Virus record (IMG/VR): IMGVR_UViG_3300029309_000009 | Coordinates: 1-64,000 of that record | Strand: one strand, 5' to 3' | Length of the DNA: 64,000 bases | Source of the DNA: an uncultured virus (IMG/VR IMGVR_UViG_3300029309_000009) | Taxonomy: Duplodnaviria; Heunggongvirae; Uroviricota; Caudoviricetes | Shown: positions 10,084-20,604 of the stretch, one piece after another | How positions within the stretch are numbered: the stretch's first letter is position 1 | Layout of the letters: the number at the start of each line of letters is the position of its first letter | The notes under the pieces: generated by a model | What the model was told of the DNA's origin: nothing | The model's input: only the letters and a program-made list of their open reading frames with translations | Database searches by the model: none | Program-made: the position numbers and the translations under genes

Positions 10084-11130
10084 TCATTCTTTCACCTCAT
10101 GTGGGTATCTCCAACATTTTCCAATGCAATACCCTTCGGGAATCAATTTTGTTTTACAGTGTGGTGCGGTATATTCACCGAATACTGTAAAACGGGCATG
10201 TTTCCTAGTCTCCCCCTCATCCCAATCTAACCAAACATCATCATGGCTTTCTGCTATCCATTTTATTTCTTCTACTACTTTATCTAGAATTTCTTGTTTG
10301 TCTGAATTACTTAATCCTTTTCTGCAACCGGACAACAAATCCCTATACCAAGAAACAAGATAGGCTCTAGCCATATGGCTAGGATTCTCAACCATAATCG
10401 CACTATGTAAGCAAGGCAGTATCGGCAACCTATCTTTAAAAACTGTCGCTACTACTTCGCCCTCCACAGCCTCTAAGGGTTTAGACTTAGGCCAAGATAT
10501 TTTTGTATCTCCCATTATTCTTTTTGGTATGAGTCTAGGTCTTTCTGCTAATCTCAAAATATGGTTTAGTCCTCTCGCTAAATCTTCATAGAATATAGGA
10601 ATACAATAGTAAGGTATTCCTTTTTCATTTCTACTAGACATATTAACAGTATTTGGAACCCTTCTCAATCTAGTAGATTGCCCTACTCTATCATCTAGAG
10701 TGATTTCATAATTAGTATTCTTTTTCAAATATTTTTTAATTATTCTAAAATATGCTTGAATGTCACGTATGTCATTAGTTACTTCTCCATACAAAAAGAG
10801 ATGGAATCCCCTACCCGAAAAGAAACAAGAATGCTGAATATCATTAGTGATAACGTATTCCATTACCATCTTCAAATCTTCAAAGGCATTTTCTAAGTCA
10901 TCTCCGTGTGCATCAAAATCCAAAAATATTTTATCTAGTATTACGCTAGAATCTACTTTAGCCATTTCACTAAAATGCTCAAAGTCATAGACCGTAGTAT
11001 AAACATTCGTGCGATTATTCTGCGCCCTTACAAACGCAGTATATTCACTCTTAGTTTTCACTATTTTCCTTTTCATCTGAGGGGCGTTCTTTATGTGACT
11101 CCCCGCCCATACTTCTCTCGGAAACTTCAT
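10084..11130 (-). CDS. Archaeo-eukaryotic primase, PriS catalytic domain fused to PriL-like Fe-S domain
   Basis: AEP motifs FLDFD, SGRGFH, RLRRVPNT; C-terminal LPCL...PHC...YCIGKC Cys pattern like PriL CTD; GGTGA SD before MKFPREVW. Confidence 0.8.
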   Translation of the reverse strand: MKFPREVWAGSHIKNAPQMKRKIVKTKSEYTAFVRAQNNRTNVYTTVYDFEHFSEMAKVDSSVILDKIFLDFDAHGDDLENAFEDLKMVMEYVITNDIQHSCFFSGRGFHLFLYGEVTNDIRDIQAYFRIIKKYLKKNTNYEITLDDRVGQSTRLRRVPNTVNMSSRNEKGIPYYCIPIFYEDLARGLNHILRLAERPRLIPKRIMGDTKISWPKSKPLEAVEGEVVATVFKDRLPILPCLHSAIMVENPSHMARAYLVSWYRDLLSGCRKGLSNSDKQEILDKVVEEIKWIAESHDDVWLDWDEGETRKHARFTVFGEYTAPHCKTKLIPEGYCIGKCWRYPHEVKE

Positions 11131-11413
11131 TTTTATCACCAAAATTAACTGTTGCATTATTTAACATGTTTCTCACGGTATCTGCTACTTCTGCTCTTAA
11201 AACAATATAAACGTGTTGCTTCATCACATCTTCAAAAACTTCGCCAATATAAGTTTCTTTAATTCTAATTTCTCTAATTAAATCAAACTTTTCCATTAGT
11301 TTCATTTCTTCGTATATGTCAGTAGCAATGCCCTCTATTGTTTTTTTTAAATCTGCTATCTCATTAAAAGACCAATTTCTTGATAATACTTTTTTCTTAA
11401 TTAAATCATTCAT
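11051..11413 (-). CDS. Hypothetical protein
   Basis: ORF with GAGGTGA SD before MNDLIKKK; co-oriented in operon. Confidence 0.55.
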   Translation of the reverse strand: MNDLIKKKVLSRNWSFNEIADLKKTIEGIATDIYEEMKLMEKFDLIREIRIKETYIGEVFEDVMKQHVYIVLRAEVADTVRNMLNNATVNFGDKNEVSERSMGGESHKERPSDEKENSEN

Positions 11414-11435
11414 ACTGTCACCTCTCTTTCCAACT

Positions 11436-11627
11436 TCATTGATGTTCCCTCTCAAAATTTTTGCGATTAATGTGTATTCCTAATCTTGTAGGAATAACGA
11501 CATTTGCATTACATTTATCACAACACCTACCACTATTAACGGGTTCAGCATTATGACCGCTATCCCAATACATTTTTCCATTATGATATTTTTTGTCTAT
11601 TTCTTTTCCACATATACTGCATTTCAT
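11436..11627 (-). CDS. Small zinc-finger protein
   Basis: MKCSICG...GHNAEP...GRCCDKCN. Confidence 0.6.
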   Translation of the reverse strand: MKCSICGKEIDKKYHNGKMYWDSGHNAEPVNSGRCCDKCNANVVIPTRLGIHINRKNFEREHQ

Positions 11628-11631
11628 ATTA

Positions 11632-12525
11632 TCACACCCATGTATCATTTTGCGCTTCATCACATATTCCAAAATAAGAACAATGAGCGCATGTCCTGTA
11701 AAAGAATTTAGCCGGAAATAATTCTCTCTCATAAGCATGTATTAACCTAGCAATGCTTTTTAAGACCGAAGTTGTAGAAACAGATTTTACCTTTTCTACA
11801 TGAATAAAGTTGGATATTGGATAATACCAAGACCAATGTGTAACTTCTATATTGGGTTCTAAACCTGCTTGTCTTAATACACTCTCAGTCGAGTTATCAA
11901 TCAATAACTTGTAAAATGCCATCTCTTTTCTCATGCTAGAGAACTTAGTATCTTTCCATGCCCCTGTTTTAAACTCCATAGGAATATATCCATTACCTTC
12001 TTTGAATACCCTATCTATAATTCCTTGTAAATGTATTTTGTAATCCCGTCTTAAAGGGAACTTGGGGTCTGTATCCGAATGTATGATTATTTCACAATCC
12101 AATAGTCCTTCGTTACAAGCAGGTAAAAATTCTTCTACTTTGTTTTCTAACTTGGCTTCTGAAAATCTATTTGCCTCAAATGCAGCAATCGTTAGATATT
12201 CGTCAAAGTAATCGTCTATTGGAAATAGACCTGTGCAATAATCCAGTAGTTCGCTGTGCGACATACTTTCTGCCTTTTTTATATCGAACTCGTTAAAGAA
12301 ATCCTCTCTAGCATTGTGCATGTAAGTTCCTTTACGCATCGCTTCGCTTTGGTCTTGAGGCAACCTTTGAATATATCCAAATTCGTATTTTTTAGGACAC
12401 CATAAATGGCTCATCATAGAAGATTTAGTTATCTTCAAAATCGGCTTATCTTCATCCTCATAATTATCAGCATTCCACTGATAAGTATATTCATTCATTT
12501 CTTGTATTTCATTTTCATATGTCAT
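11632..12525 (-). CDS. Cas4/RecB-like PD-(D/E)xK nuclease with Fe-S Cys motif
   Basis: N-terminal CPKK, GIIDR...EFKTG catalytic motif, C-terminal CxxC-x5-C. Confidence 0.85.
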   Translation of the reverse strand: MTYENEIQEMNEYTYQWNADNYEDEDKPILKITKSSMMSHLWCPKKYEFGYIQRLPQDQSEAMRKGTYMHNAREDFFNEFDIKKAESMSHSELLDYCTGLFPIDDYFDEYLTIAAFEANRFSEAKLENKVEEFLPACNEGLLDCEIIIHSDTDPKFPLRRDYKIHLQGIIDRVFKEGNGYIPMEFKTGAWKDTKFSSMRKEMAFYKLLIDNSTESVLRQAGLEPNIEVTHWSWYYPISNFIHVEKVKSVSTTSVLKSIARLIHAYERELFPAKFFYRTCAHCSYFGICDEAQNDTWV

Positions 12526-12683
12526 TAATAATCACCACCCTCATTTAATATATTATAGGCTTTACCTAAATGCTTTCTTGCTAACAAAAACCCTTCTATG
12601 ATTATTTGAGGGGTATCCTCATCTTGTCTTAATTCATAAATTTTCATATCTATATCATATATTATTTCTTCTAACTCTTTCAT
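12525..12683 (-). CDS. Small hypothetical protein
   Basis: Short ORF tightly packed between polB C-half and nuclease; start at MKELEE. Confidence 0.45.
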   Translation of the reverse strand: MKELEEIIYDIDMKIYELRQDEDTPQIIIEGFLLARKHLGKAYNILNEGGDY

Positions 12684-12684
12684 A

Positions 12685-13569
12685 TTACCACCAATCTTCA
12701 AAACTAGTTTGTATTCTTCCGGTTCTAATCGCATCAGTATTCCATCCCATCGCTTTGTATATGGGCTGTGCCTTTTTGATTACAACATTCGCATAATAAT
12801 TTAGGTCGGGATTAACCTCTTTAAAGTCATCTAAAGTAGTTGCTGAATAATATTCTGCCGATTTTTTCTCATCTGTTAAAGGATGAGTGAAAGTATCTGT
12901 TGGTTTGACTTTCATAAATAGAAATGAATCATCATAATCCATTCCCATTTTTTCTCTACCGTATAAAATACCGGCTACACCCTCGCTCAGTGTCGGTCTT
13001 TTATTTTGTAGAGTTACGAATTGTTTCTTTAAAGTGCCACACTTCTCACAAAAATTTATAGAATAGCAGTTTTCCAACTTGTATTTTTTATTGCATTGTG
13101 GACATTTTACCGTAAATCTATCTACCTTTAGACGACTTCTTTTAATAATATCCACTTTAGAAAAATCGCTATTTATTATAGAAAGGTATTTTGAATTTAG
13201 CCAAGAGTTTATTTCTTTGAATGAACAGTCATTCAACCACATTTTTAGGACTTGCATCTGAATCTCCTTTGCTAAAGGGGTTTCTGATATTCGCTTTGCT
13301 GTGAAACCTGTCATGACAAATTCCGGACTTTCTAAATCGTATCCATCCTTCCATGAAATTAATCCGGCATTTCTATTTTTAGTTGCGCCCACTCCTAGCC
13401 TAGAATAGTATTTTTCAAATTCTAAAACTACGGGATGTTCTGCTAAACCTAGTAGATTAGGAAAAAGTTCCCTTACATGATTATTTATTTCTACAACTGC
13501 GACCTTTGCCTTTTCAATAGAATCCATTTTTACATAGATTGAATCTGTATGCCCATAAACCACTTTCAT
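12685..13569 (-). CDS. polB: Family B DNA polymerase, C-terminal part (palm motif C and thumb)
   Basis: VVYGHTDSIY (motif C variant), LEFEK, KNRNAG, GFTAKR; AGGTG SD before MKVVYG. Confidence 0.9.
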   Translation of the reverse strand: MKVVYGHTDSIYVKMDSIEKAKVAVVEINNHVRELFPNLLGLAEHPVVLEFEKYYSRLGVGATKNRNAGLISWKDGYDLESPEFVMTGFTAKRISETPLAKEIQMQVLKMWLNDCSFKEINSWLNSKYLSIINSDFSKVDIIKRSRLKVDRFTVKCPQCNKKYKLENCYSINFCEKCGTLKKQFVTLQNKRPTLSEGVAGILYGREKMGMDYDDSFLFMKVKPTDTFTHPLTDEKKSAEYYSATTLDDFKEVNPDLNYYANVVIKKAQPIYKAMGWNTDAIRTGRIQTSFEDWW

Positions 13570-14348
13570 CAAATACACCTACACATTATCTTTCAACTCC
13601 GGACAATTTCCAAACTGCAACTTTAACATTAGGTCTAGACACTGTATGTTTAACCGTTGTTCCTACTCTTTCAAAATAAGGATATTTATTTAGTATTTGA
13701 GCAAGTTGTCCCTTTGTTGGATTTCTTCTATAATTTTTGCCAGTAAAACTTTTTTGATTTAATAACATAACATGTATTTCTTTTGTGGTTNNNNNNNNNN
13801 GTCAGATTAGACTTATTTTCTAATATAGAAATAACCCTCCTGCAATGGTTTGTCAGTTTAAAGTTCGGGCGATTATCCTCCATAGGTTTACAACTCATTG
13901 ACAAACCAATCACCTTTGAGTTTAAGTGTTTCTTGTAATTCTCTAATTGCTTTAAACATTTTTGCATTATTGCTATTTTGTTCTGTTAGATAATCTAAGT
14001 CCAACTCTAATCCTTTTACTTTATTCTCTAATTTTTCTATTTTAATTAGTAATCCTTCTACATTCATATTATCACCGTTACTATTGTTAAGATGGTTGCT
14101 ATGTTTACAATATTTACCATCATTAATATCTTATTTGATTTTGCTATCATAGCCAGCAATTCTTCTAACAACTCATTTGTCTTATCCATCATCATTATTA
14201 TTCACTTCCAATAAATCGGCAATGTCTATAATCTTAGCATTGCGCTTTAAGTTATTCATCATCTGAAATAACTCCTTTACTTCTTGTAAAGTGGTTTCCC
14301 AAGTTTCTTCTGTATCATACGATACTTCTACTGTTACATATTTTTTAT

Positions 14349-14609
14349 TCATGCTGTTTCCTCCAATGAAAAGAAATTCAGTATTACTCCTAATGCTACT
14401 AAGACAGGTAAAATTGTCATAATAAAAATGAAGTAAATTAAATTCACTCCGAACTGAATTGTATTATATTTAATATGGCCCTTTCTAAATAATACTCTTA
14501 GTCCCAAAGGTAGGAAAAATGTTAGATATAATAAAATTCCAAATATATAGACTAGCAATTCTCCTGTCGGTAATTCTAATATATTTTCTAGTATATTTGA
14601 TTTAATCAT
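14349..14609 (-). CDS. Small two-TM membrane protein between polB halves
   Basis: 86 aa with two hydrophobic segments; ATGA overlap with polB N-half stop. Confidence 0.6.
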   Translation of the reverse strand: MIKSNILENILELPTGELLVYIFGILLYLTFFLPLGLRVLFRKGHIKYNTIQFGVNLIYFIFIMTILPVLVALGVILNFFSLEETA

Positions 14610-16333
14610 ATTTTCATCTCCTTTGCTTTGAATGCTGCACTTCTTATTGCTTCTCTAGCACTAGCAGTAATGCTTTCTGCTAAAGTTACATTTGACCAAC
14701 CGAATCCTGTAAAAGCCAAAATGCCATAAAATGAAGCCATCAATCTTTTTACAGCCATTTGGTTATTATGCCACTTTGCATATTCAGATTCATCGCCTTG
14801 ATTTTTAGCCTCTTTCATTCTTGTTTTATATTGATTCCTTAATTCTTTCAATTCTAAAACTGCCTTTGGTAATAGTCCCAATTTATCGGTTTTAAAATAA
14901 ACCATATCTTTCTTATCACATATGCTGAAATCCTTTGGAGTTGCTAGATTAGCAGCAAAAGAAGTAGGGGTATCGCTGACAGTTTCAAATGAAATATTTC
15001 TAGCCAATATCATTGAAGGATATAGGCCAGCAAAATCAAATGCTGCTACTCCCTTATGTAATCCATTAGTGTTTTCGCTTAATGGATTATAGACCATCGC
15101 ACCTTGATATGACAGACTCTCTTTACAGGATTTACAAATTTTTGATTTCTTGTCATTTATAGTCCCACAACTATTACACTTTTTGTCTTTAGGTCTAAAT
15201 CCTGTTGGGGCTTTCCAAGAAGCATTTCGCATAAAATATACTCCTCCCATATGACTTGCATAAAAGCAAGAATCGAATGGGGCAACTAGTAGCCTTTGAA
15301 GCGCAATAATGGCTTCGCTACAAAAGTTAGTTTCGTCTATTTCTACCATTAGTTCTACATCTATCAAAGCATATTTCAGATAAGTCTCTGTATCTTCTAG
15401 CCAAGCCTTACGATAAAATTCATTTGGGTCGGGAAACTTCTCAGATTCTAATTTGTTTTTTCCTAGAATAGTTTCTGAAATATAATTTAAACTTAAAGAA
15501 GGTAAGGTTCCTCTTTGAGAATCATTCCATTGTCTTTCAAATGCCAAATCTAAATTTAAGCAAATCCTTCCTCCAATTGGTTGTGATATAGGAGAAAATC
15601 CCTCCTCCAATTTAGAAAAAGAATAGCCGTTCTTAGTTTCTTTAACATCTGAAACTGTTGCATATGGAGATAGTCTTAAAGGATTAATACCTAATGCACA
15701 GCATCTATCAATAAGTTTAGGCAAATCGAACTTTAGACCAAACCAAGCAATTAGCATATCGGGGTCTTTGTCTATCATAGTATTAATGAAATGTTCAAGC
15801 ATCGCTTTTTCATTAGCAAATACATGAAGATTAATTTCATCAGAATCTAATTTCGTTTCTTCTGTTATATTAGGAAACCACACCCATTGGGTATATTCCA
15901 AATCATAATTATCATACGCTACAATAGTAGTAATACAATCATGATATTCTCCGCCTTGTTGCCATTCCATATCCCAATACCATTTACGCATATCGTATTC
16001 CGGAAGTTCCGTCAAGTTATCAATTGCATATCTATGATGGTATTTTACATCTGCTTCCCAAGTCTGCTTGAACAAATCTTTTGCTTTTTTTACATCTTCT
16101 GCATTTTCTACATAAACTCTTTTTAGTTTCTCTCCCTGTAAATTTACCCAATCTCCATTTTCATATTCAAACTCTCTTTCTATATATTTAGAAGGATTAT
16201 ATTTTTTTATTTCTTTATGTTCCTCCTTCACATAAAAATATGGGCGAAAGGGTTTGAACTCTCTTTTCAATTCTCCGTTTTCTCTCCAACTAAGATAAAT
16301 ACTTTTATTGTCACAAAATTTTGATATTATCAT
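14606..16333 (-). CDS. polB: Family B DNA polymerase, N-terminal part (proofreading exonuclease, motifs A and B)
   Basis: ExoI WDME, ExoII FDLP, ExoIII YALID, motif A DFAGLYPS, motif B KRLMASFYG. Confidence 0.92.
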   Translation of the reverse strand: MIISKFCDNKSIYLSWRENGELKREFKPFRPYFYVKEEHKEIKKYNPSKYIEREFEYENGDWVNLQGEKLKRVYVENAEDVKKAKDLFKQTWEADVKYHHRYAIDNLTELPEYDMRKWYWDMEWQQGGEYHDCITTIVAYDNYDLEYTQWVWFPNITEETKLDSDEINLHVFANEKAMLEHFINTMIDKDPDMLIAWFGLKFDLPKLIDRCCALGINPLRLSPYATVSDVKETKNGYSFSKLEEGFSPISQPIGGRICLNLDLAFERQWNDSQRGTLPSLSLNYISETILGKNKLESEKFPDPNEFYRKAWLEDTETYLKYALIDVELMVEIDETNFCSEAIIALQRLLVAPFDSCFYASHMGGVYFMRNASWKAPTGFRPKDKKCNSCGTINDKKSKICKSCKESLSYQGAMVYNPLSENTNGLHKGVAAFDFAGLYPSMILARNISFETVSDTPTSFAANLATPKDFSICDKKDMVYFKTDKLGLLPKAVLELKELRNQYKTRMKEAKNQGDESEYAKWHNNQMAVKRLMASFYGILAFTGFGWSNVTLAESITASAREAIRSAAFKAKEMKI

Positions 16334-16337
16334 CCTA

Positions 16338-17078
16338 TCAACTCACATGAGGCGCACGTATTAATTTTCTATCTTCTCCAATCAAAAGTAGGGGGAAATC
16401 ATCTTTTGCATAAAAATTAATTTTACCTTTGAAAAATTTATGCAGTGGCCCCGACCATTCTACTGTTGCTTCTTCTCCTATTTTATTAGAGACAGACATG
16501 ACTTCCTCATATTTGTTAGAATTTGAAGTTCTACTACTAATAATAATTTCATCTCCACAATCTAAACGATAAACTCCGCTTTTTATTAATTCACAAAGAC
16601 CCATTGTATTTTTGAAAACATTTGAATCTAATGTAAAACAAGATTCAAATTTAGAACTTCCAAACATAAACAGAGTTTGTGGTTCTTCTTCATATTCTAT
16701 ATGTTTTAACATTCCTCTAATCCTAGTAATAGCATTCATATTAGAATGAGAAACTATTCTAGGTAAGACTACCTTTTGATTTTCACAGGAAACTGTTAGA
16801 ACATCCTCTCCTAAAAATGTGGCTTCGCCATTAAATTTCTTTAGGAAAGAAGTTAAAGTTTTGGCATCTAAAATAAACTCTCCACTTTCTGAACCCTCAA
16901 CGGGTATAGAAATAGTCAAGGAAAGAGCAGAATCAGCATTCCATAATTCTAACGTATTATTAACCAATATCAAATATACGCAATCATCTAAACTTCCGTT
17001 AGAGATGCCATATTTGCCCTTACCTTGAATATCTTCAAGAGCCTTCTCCATAATTTTACTATCAACATTAAACTTCAT
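16338..17078 (-). CDS. DNA sliding clamp (PCNA/beta-clamp fold)
   Basis: 246 aa, alternating beta/alpha pattern, MKFNV start, FPLLL...LIRAP end; adjacent to PolB and RFC. Confidence 0.7.
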   Translation of the reverse strand: MKFNVDSKIMEKALEDIQGKGKYGISNGSLDDCVYLILVNNTLELWNADSALSLTISIPVEGSESGEFILDAKTLTSFLKKFNGEATFLGEDVLTVSCENQKVVLPRIVSHSNMNAITRIRGMLKHIEYEEEPQTLFMFGSSKFESCFTLDSNVFKNTMGLCELIKSGVYRLDCGDEIIISSRTSNSNKYEEVMSVSNKIGEEATVEWSGPLHKFFKGKINFYAKDDFPLLLIGEDRKLIRAPHVS

Positions 17079-17923
17079 ATTTTACCCTCTTGTAATTCCG
17101 GAACTCCGTTCCACTTAATATTAGGAGGCTTTCCTTCTCTAACAGTCCAAACCTTTCCTACTAAATTTCCATTAGTTCTACTACCAACTAGTTCTGCCAA
17201 GAAATGTAATTCTCCTTTTATCTTTTTCTTATAGCAATGAATTTCTTGTTCTAATTTTCCACCCCAATCACGCCATGCAGGAATCATTCCTACCGGAGAA
17301 TTGTCTTGATACTTTTCAGTTTCGTGGGTAATGTAAATAACGTCACAATTCAAATGGTATATTGTTTCTAACAAATGGTAGAAAGTTTTGTTTCTAGGGC
17401 CATATTGATAGGGCATCATTTTCGTAACTATTGTTGGATTAGGATTCACTTTGTAGATACATTTGTCATACCAAGAATCCACACCATCCATAACGAAAAT
17501 TGGTTTTTCTCCTTCGTCTAATTTTCCCCTAACATACTTTACAAAAGCATGAGAATTTTCCTCACTTTGCTTAATATCAATTACATTGTCTTTGTCTAAA
17601 ACAATCGGACAATAAACCTCAATATTTTCTGAAGCATCATGACATTCAAACCAAGTAGATTCTACTCCTCTATCCCAATCTAAAACGTATATTTTTCTAT
17701 CGGGAAAATCCAACGCTATTCCAGTTTTTCCTGTTTTGGGTTCTCCCCAAATACCTAATACCATTCTAGCCTTTCTAGACTTTCTTTTGCTTTCAATATA
17801 CTTGGCAAACGATGAATTAAATTCATCCTGTTTTTTTCCGAATATACTTTTCTTTTTTTCTTCTGCGTCTGTTATTGCTTTTTGCATTAATTTATTGTTG
17901 CTTGTAATTGCCATACTTACCAC
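17075..17923 (-). CDS. RecA-fold/AAA_24 ATPase (Sak4-like recombination protein)
   Basis: Walker A GEPKTGKT, LDWDRG, Walker B FVMDG, IYITHE; next to SSB candidate. Confidence 0.7.
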   Translation of the reverse strand: MVSMAITSNNKLMQKAITDAEEKKKSIFGKKQDEFNSSFAKYIESKRKSRKARMVLGIWGEPKTGKTGIALDFPDRKIYVLDWDRGVESTWFECHDASENIEVYCPIVLDKDNVIDIKQSEENSHAFVKYVRGKLDEGEKPIFVMDGVDSWYDKCIYKVNPNPTIVTKMMPYQYGPRNKTFYHLLETIYHLNCDVIYITHETEKYQDNSPVGMIPAWRDWGGKLEQEIHCYKKKIKGELHFLAELVGSRTNGNLVGKVWTVREGKPPNIKWNGVPELQEGKI

Positions 17924-18155
17924 CTATCTCATATCTACTAATATCTATTTCTTGACCTCTAAATTTAGTCCAAATACTTAGAATGTTTTCTGCCATATAT
18001 TTATCGCAAACAAATCTAATTTCTTTATCTCTATAATGTAGTTTAAGCATTATTCCTTCTTCACTTTGTCTCCATGTAATAAAGTCCACATTGGCTATAT
18101 CTGCCAAATAACTACCGGACTTTAGAACATATCTTTCATCTATTAATTCATTCAT
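17892..18155 (-). CDS. Hypothetical protein
   Basis: 87-aa ORF with GAGG SD; in operon. Confidence 0.55.
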   Translation of the reverse strand: MNELIDERYVLKSGSYLADIANVDFITWRQSEEGIMLKLHYRDKEIRFVCDKYMAENILSIWTKFRGQEIDISRYEIGGKYGNYKQQ

Positions 18156-18235
18156 TTAAATTCCTCTAAAAAAATATGGGCCTCGCACCCATTTGAATGT
18201 CAATTTCCCCACAAGTCACATTTACCTTGCACAAG

Positions 18236-18257
18236 ACTAATCTCCCTAGAGATTAGT
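18236..18257 (-). terminator. Hairpin directly downstream of SSB gene
   Basis: Perfect 9-bp stem ACTAATCTC-ccta-GAGATTAGT. Confidence 0.5.
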
Positions 18258-18264
18258 TAGAGTT

Positions 18265-19479
18265 TCAAACAAACCAATCATCATCAGTTTCTTCTGCTTG
18301 CTCAATTTCTATTGGCGAACCAACTTTTTCTACAACCAAAAGGCCGGATACGTTTATAGTTACGGGTTCCGCACCTTCTTCGGTAATTCTTTGAGAAGTT
18401 CTACCAATAACAATTATGTTACTTCCTATTCCAAAATCAATATTGATATGTTCGGGAATCCAGCAAGTTGTCATATTGCTTCCAGCATCATAATCAAATT
18501 CAGCATTTAAATCGGTAATATTGAGAACCCTGTTTCCGTTTGAAAACGGAGACATATTCATATTACAGACAGTTCCATCGGTTATTACATATCTTTCTTT
18601 TACAGGAAGCATGGATAGGTTTCCGTGTTGTCTATCAATATCAACTAACTCTACTACCTTACTATCGAAAACACTTGTAATGATTTCAATAAAGTCATAG
18701 TTTGACATGTCTCTATATTCTGAACTTTCAGGGTCTAGGCTATCGTTCATAACTAAACTAGAAAGAGTTACATCAGTATATCCATAAATGTCATCCGAGT
18801 TTTCATTTTTAATGACAGACATATGTAAAAACTCAAAACAGTTTGGAGAGAAATCAAGACAGCCATCTTTCTTATAACTAAAGAAATACGGTTTCATTTC
18901 TGTGCTTTCTCCTACCATTCCATAGAAAACTCCTGTTCTTCTAAATTCTTTAGAAGGTAGGGGTTTTCCAAAGTTTCTGTTCTTTCCACCGTTAGGATAA
19001 GTATCAACAGAATCTAGAGGTATAATCATACTTCCATCTATTTCTTCTGCACCTTCCGGTAGGTTTTTCACTATGCGCTCTTGATATTCTCCACGCATTA
19101 CTCTCAATATTTTCCAGCCGCCATCTGTTTCTTCAGCAGTGGCAATCATGGTTGCTTCTAAGGCTGCATCGGGATTTCTAGCAAATTCCTCTTTTGCTTT
19201 ATTCCTATTCCAAACCATAGTATCTCTAGGTGATTCTAGAGACACAAAGAAACCAAATGCCTTCTTAGACAATTGGTTATTTCCTGTGTTTGGATTGGTC
19301 TTTTGTCTTCGGCTTTGCGCTACATGGCTACGCCAAAGTCCAAGACCAAGAGGGTTGTCTATTTCTACCCCATTCTCCTTGCAAATATCTTCATATTTGG
19401 TAAGTCCTTCCTCCGGACTTAGACCAAGAAGATTTGCGCCTTGTTCTATTTCGTTCTTCAATTTTTCATTCATTTTCAT
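18265..19479 (-). CDS. Single-stranded DNA-binding protein (RPA/OB-fold-like)
   Basis: C-terminal OB-like strands (DGTVCNM...LNITD...TTCWIP...IVIGRT), acidic aromatic tail EETDDDWFV; replication context. Confidence 0.6.
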   Translation of the reverse strand: MKMNEKLKNEIEQGANLLGLSPEEGLTKYEDICKENGVEIDNPLGLGLWRSHVAQSRRQKTNPNTGNNQLSKKAFGFFVSLESPRDTMVWNRNKAKEEFARNPDAALEATMIATAEETDGGWKILRVMRGEYQERIVKNLPEGAEEIDGSMIIPLDSVDTYPNGGKNRNFGKPLPSKEFRRTGVFYGMVGESTEMKPYFFSYKKDGCLDFSPNCFEFLHMSVIKNENSDDIYGYTDVTLSSLVMNDSLDPESSEYRDMSNYDFIEIITSVFDSKVVELVDIDRQHGNLSMLPVKERYVITDGTVCNMNMSPFSNGNRVLNITDLNAEFDYDAGSNMTTCWIPEHINIDFGIGSNIIVIGRTSQRITEEGAEPVTINVSGLLVVEKVGSPIEIEQAEETDDDWFV

Positions 19480-19489
19480 TTTCCTCCTT

Positions 19490-20401
19490 TCACATTAGTT
19501 GTCCTACCATCCAAGAGACCAATACTCTTGGGGTCATGGTAGTGGACCGATATTCGCTTTCTCCTATTACTCTCAAAAATTTGTATTTCATATTGTTATC
19601 TAAAGTTGCACTGATAACTACATCATGTAAAGATACACAAATGTCTTTGACGGTTCTTCCGTCATAGAGTAAATTGTGTAGTGTAGTTAGAACGTCTGTA
19701 TTTTTATTTATTATGTTATTTACTATATCTTCATATTCTTGTAGTCCTTCTTGAACTTGCACATTGAGGGGTCTATTAGATGAAATCGCTGCTTGCAATT
19801 CGGTTATTGCCCTCCTTAAATCACCACCATATACACCTATAAAGCCCTGCATTTCAGTTTTGGAAGGTCTATTGGGTATGTTTTCTTTTTCTAGTATGTC
19901 GAATAGTATTGATTCGACTACCGATAAAGATAGGGGCTTAAAGTGATAATTTGCACACCTACTTTGTAGGGCAAAAATAATTTTAGTTCTATCATTACAA
20001 GTAATAATGAATCTAACATTTTCAGAATATCTCTCCATTATTCTTTTTAAAGAGTTTTGAGCATCATTAGTCATCCCTCCCATTTCGTCTAATAGTATTA
20101 TTCTAAATGGAACATCTCCCAGTTTTCCACTTTGAGCAATTTCTTTAATTCTAGTTCTAACTGTCTCTAATCTCCTATCATCAGAAGCGTTAATTTCAAA
20201 GAAATTATCTAGTGCGTTTTCTCCTAGTAGCGTTTTTGCTAGGGCTAAACCTGCTGCGGTTTTTCCTGTTCCGGAAGAACCATAAAATAATACGTTAGGC
20301 ATATTTCTTAGTTCTACCCAATTCTCCGCATCCATTACAAAATGTTCTTGTCCTTTTATCCCACTTAGTAGAGAGGGCCTATATTTTTCACTCCATAGCA
20401 T
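19490..20401 (-). CDS. rfcS: Replication factor C small subunit (clamp loader)
   Basis: WSEKYRP, GSSGTGKT, EINASD, ILLDE, ALQSRC, GDLRRAI. Confidence 0.95.
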   Translation of the reverse strand: MLWSEKYRPSLLSGIKGQEHFVMDAENWVELRNMPNVLFYGSSGTGKTAAGLALAKTLLGENALDNFFEINASDDRRLETVRTRIKEIAQSGKLGDVPFRIILLDEMGGMTNDAQNSLKRIMERYSENVRFIITCNDRTKIIFALQSRCANYHFKPLSLSVVESILFDILEKENIPNRPSKTEMQGFIGVYGGDLRRAITELQAAISSNRPLNVQVQEGLQEYEDIVNNIINKNTDVLTTLHNLLYDGRTVKDICVSLHDVVISATLDNNMKYKFLRVIGESEYRSTTMTPRVLVSWMVGQLM

Positions 20402-20604
20402 TATAATCTCTCCAACTTGGATTCTATTTGTGCTATTAACTTATACACGATTTCGCTTAACCAACCATGAGGTTCTTCAATATCAACATCTCCTATATTA
20501 CCTAAAATATCAGTAATATAACCTTCTGCTCTATTAGCCCACTCAAGTAGTTGTTCTAGTTGTTCGGCTTCGTATGCTTTTTCTTTTAATTCATCACTTT
20601 TCAT
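20401..20604 (-). CDS. Small hypothetical protein
   Basis: 67-aa acidic ORF, translationally coupled to rfcS. Confidence 0.5.
   Translation of the reverse strand: MKSDELKEKAYEAEQLEQLLEWANRAEGYITDILGNIGDVDIEEPHGWLSEIVYKLIAQIESKLERL

Noticed and set aside
11632..12525. Cas4-like nuclease as sign of a CRISPR system
   Set aside because: No cas1/cas2 and no repeat-spacer array seen; stand-alone Cas4-like nucleases are common in archaeal virus replication modules.
13586..13967. ORFs around the N gap between polB halves
   Set aside because: Frames run through or start next to Ns; true gene structure cannot be determined.
13569..14606. Intein or self-splicing intron explaining the split polB
   Set aside because: No Cys/Ser...His-Asn intein ends, no recognisable intron core, the interval holds ordinary small ORFs and the C-half has its own SD.
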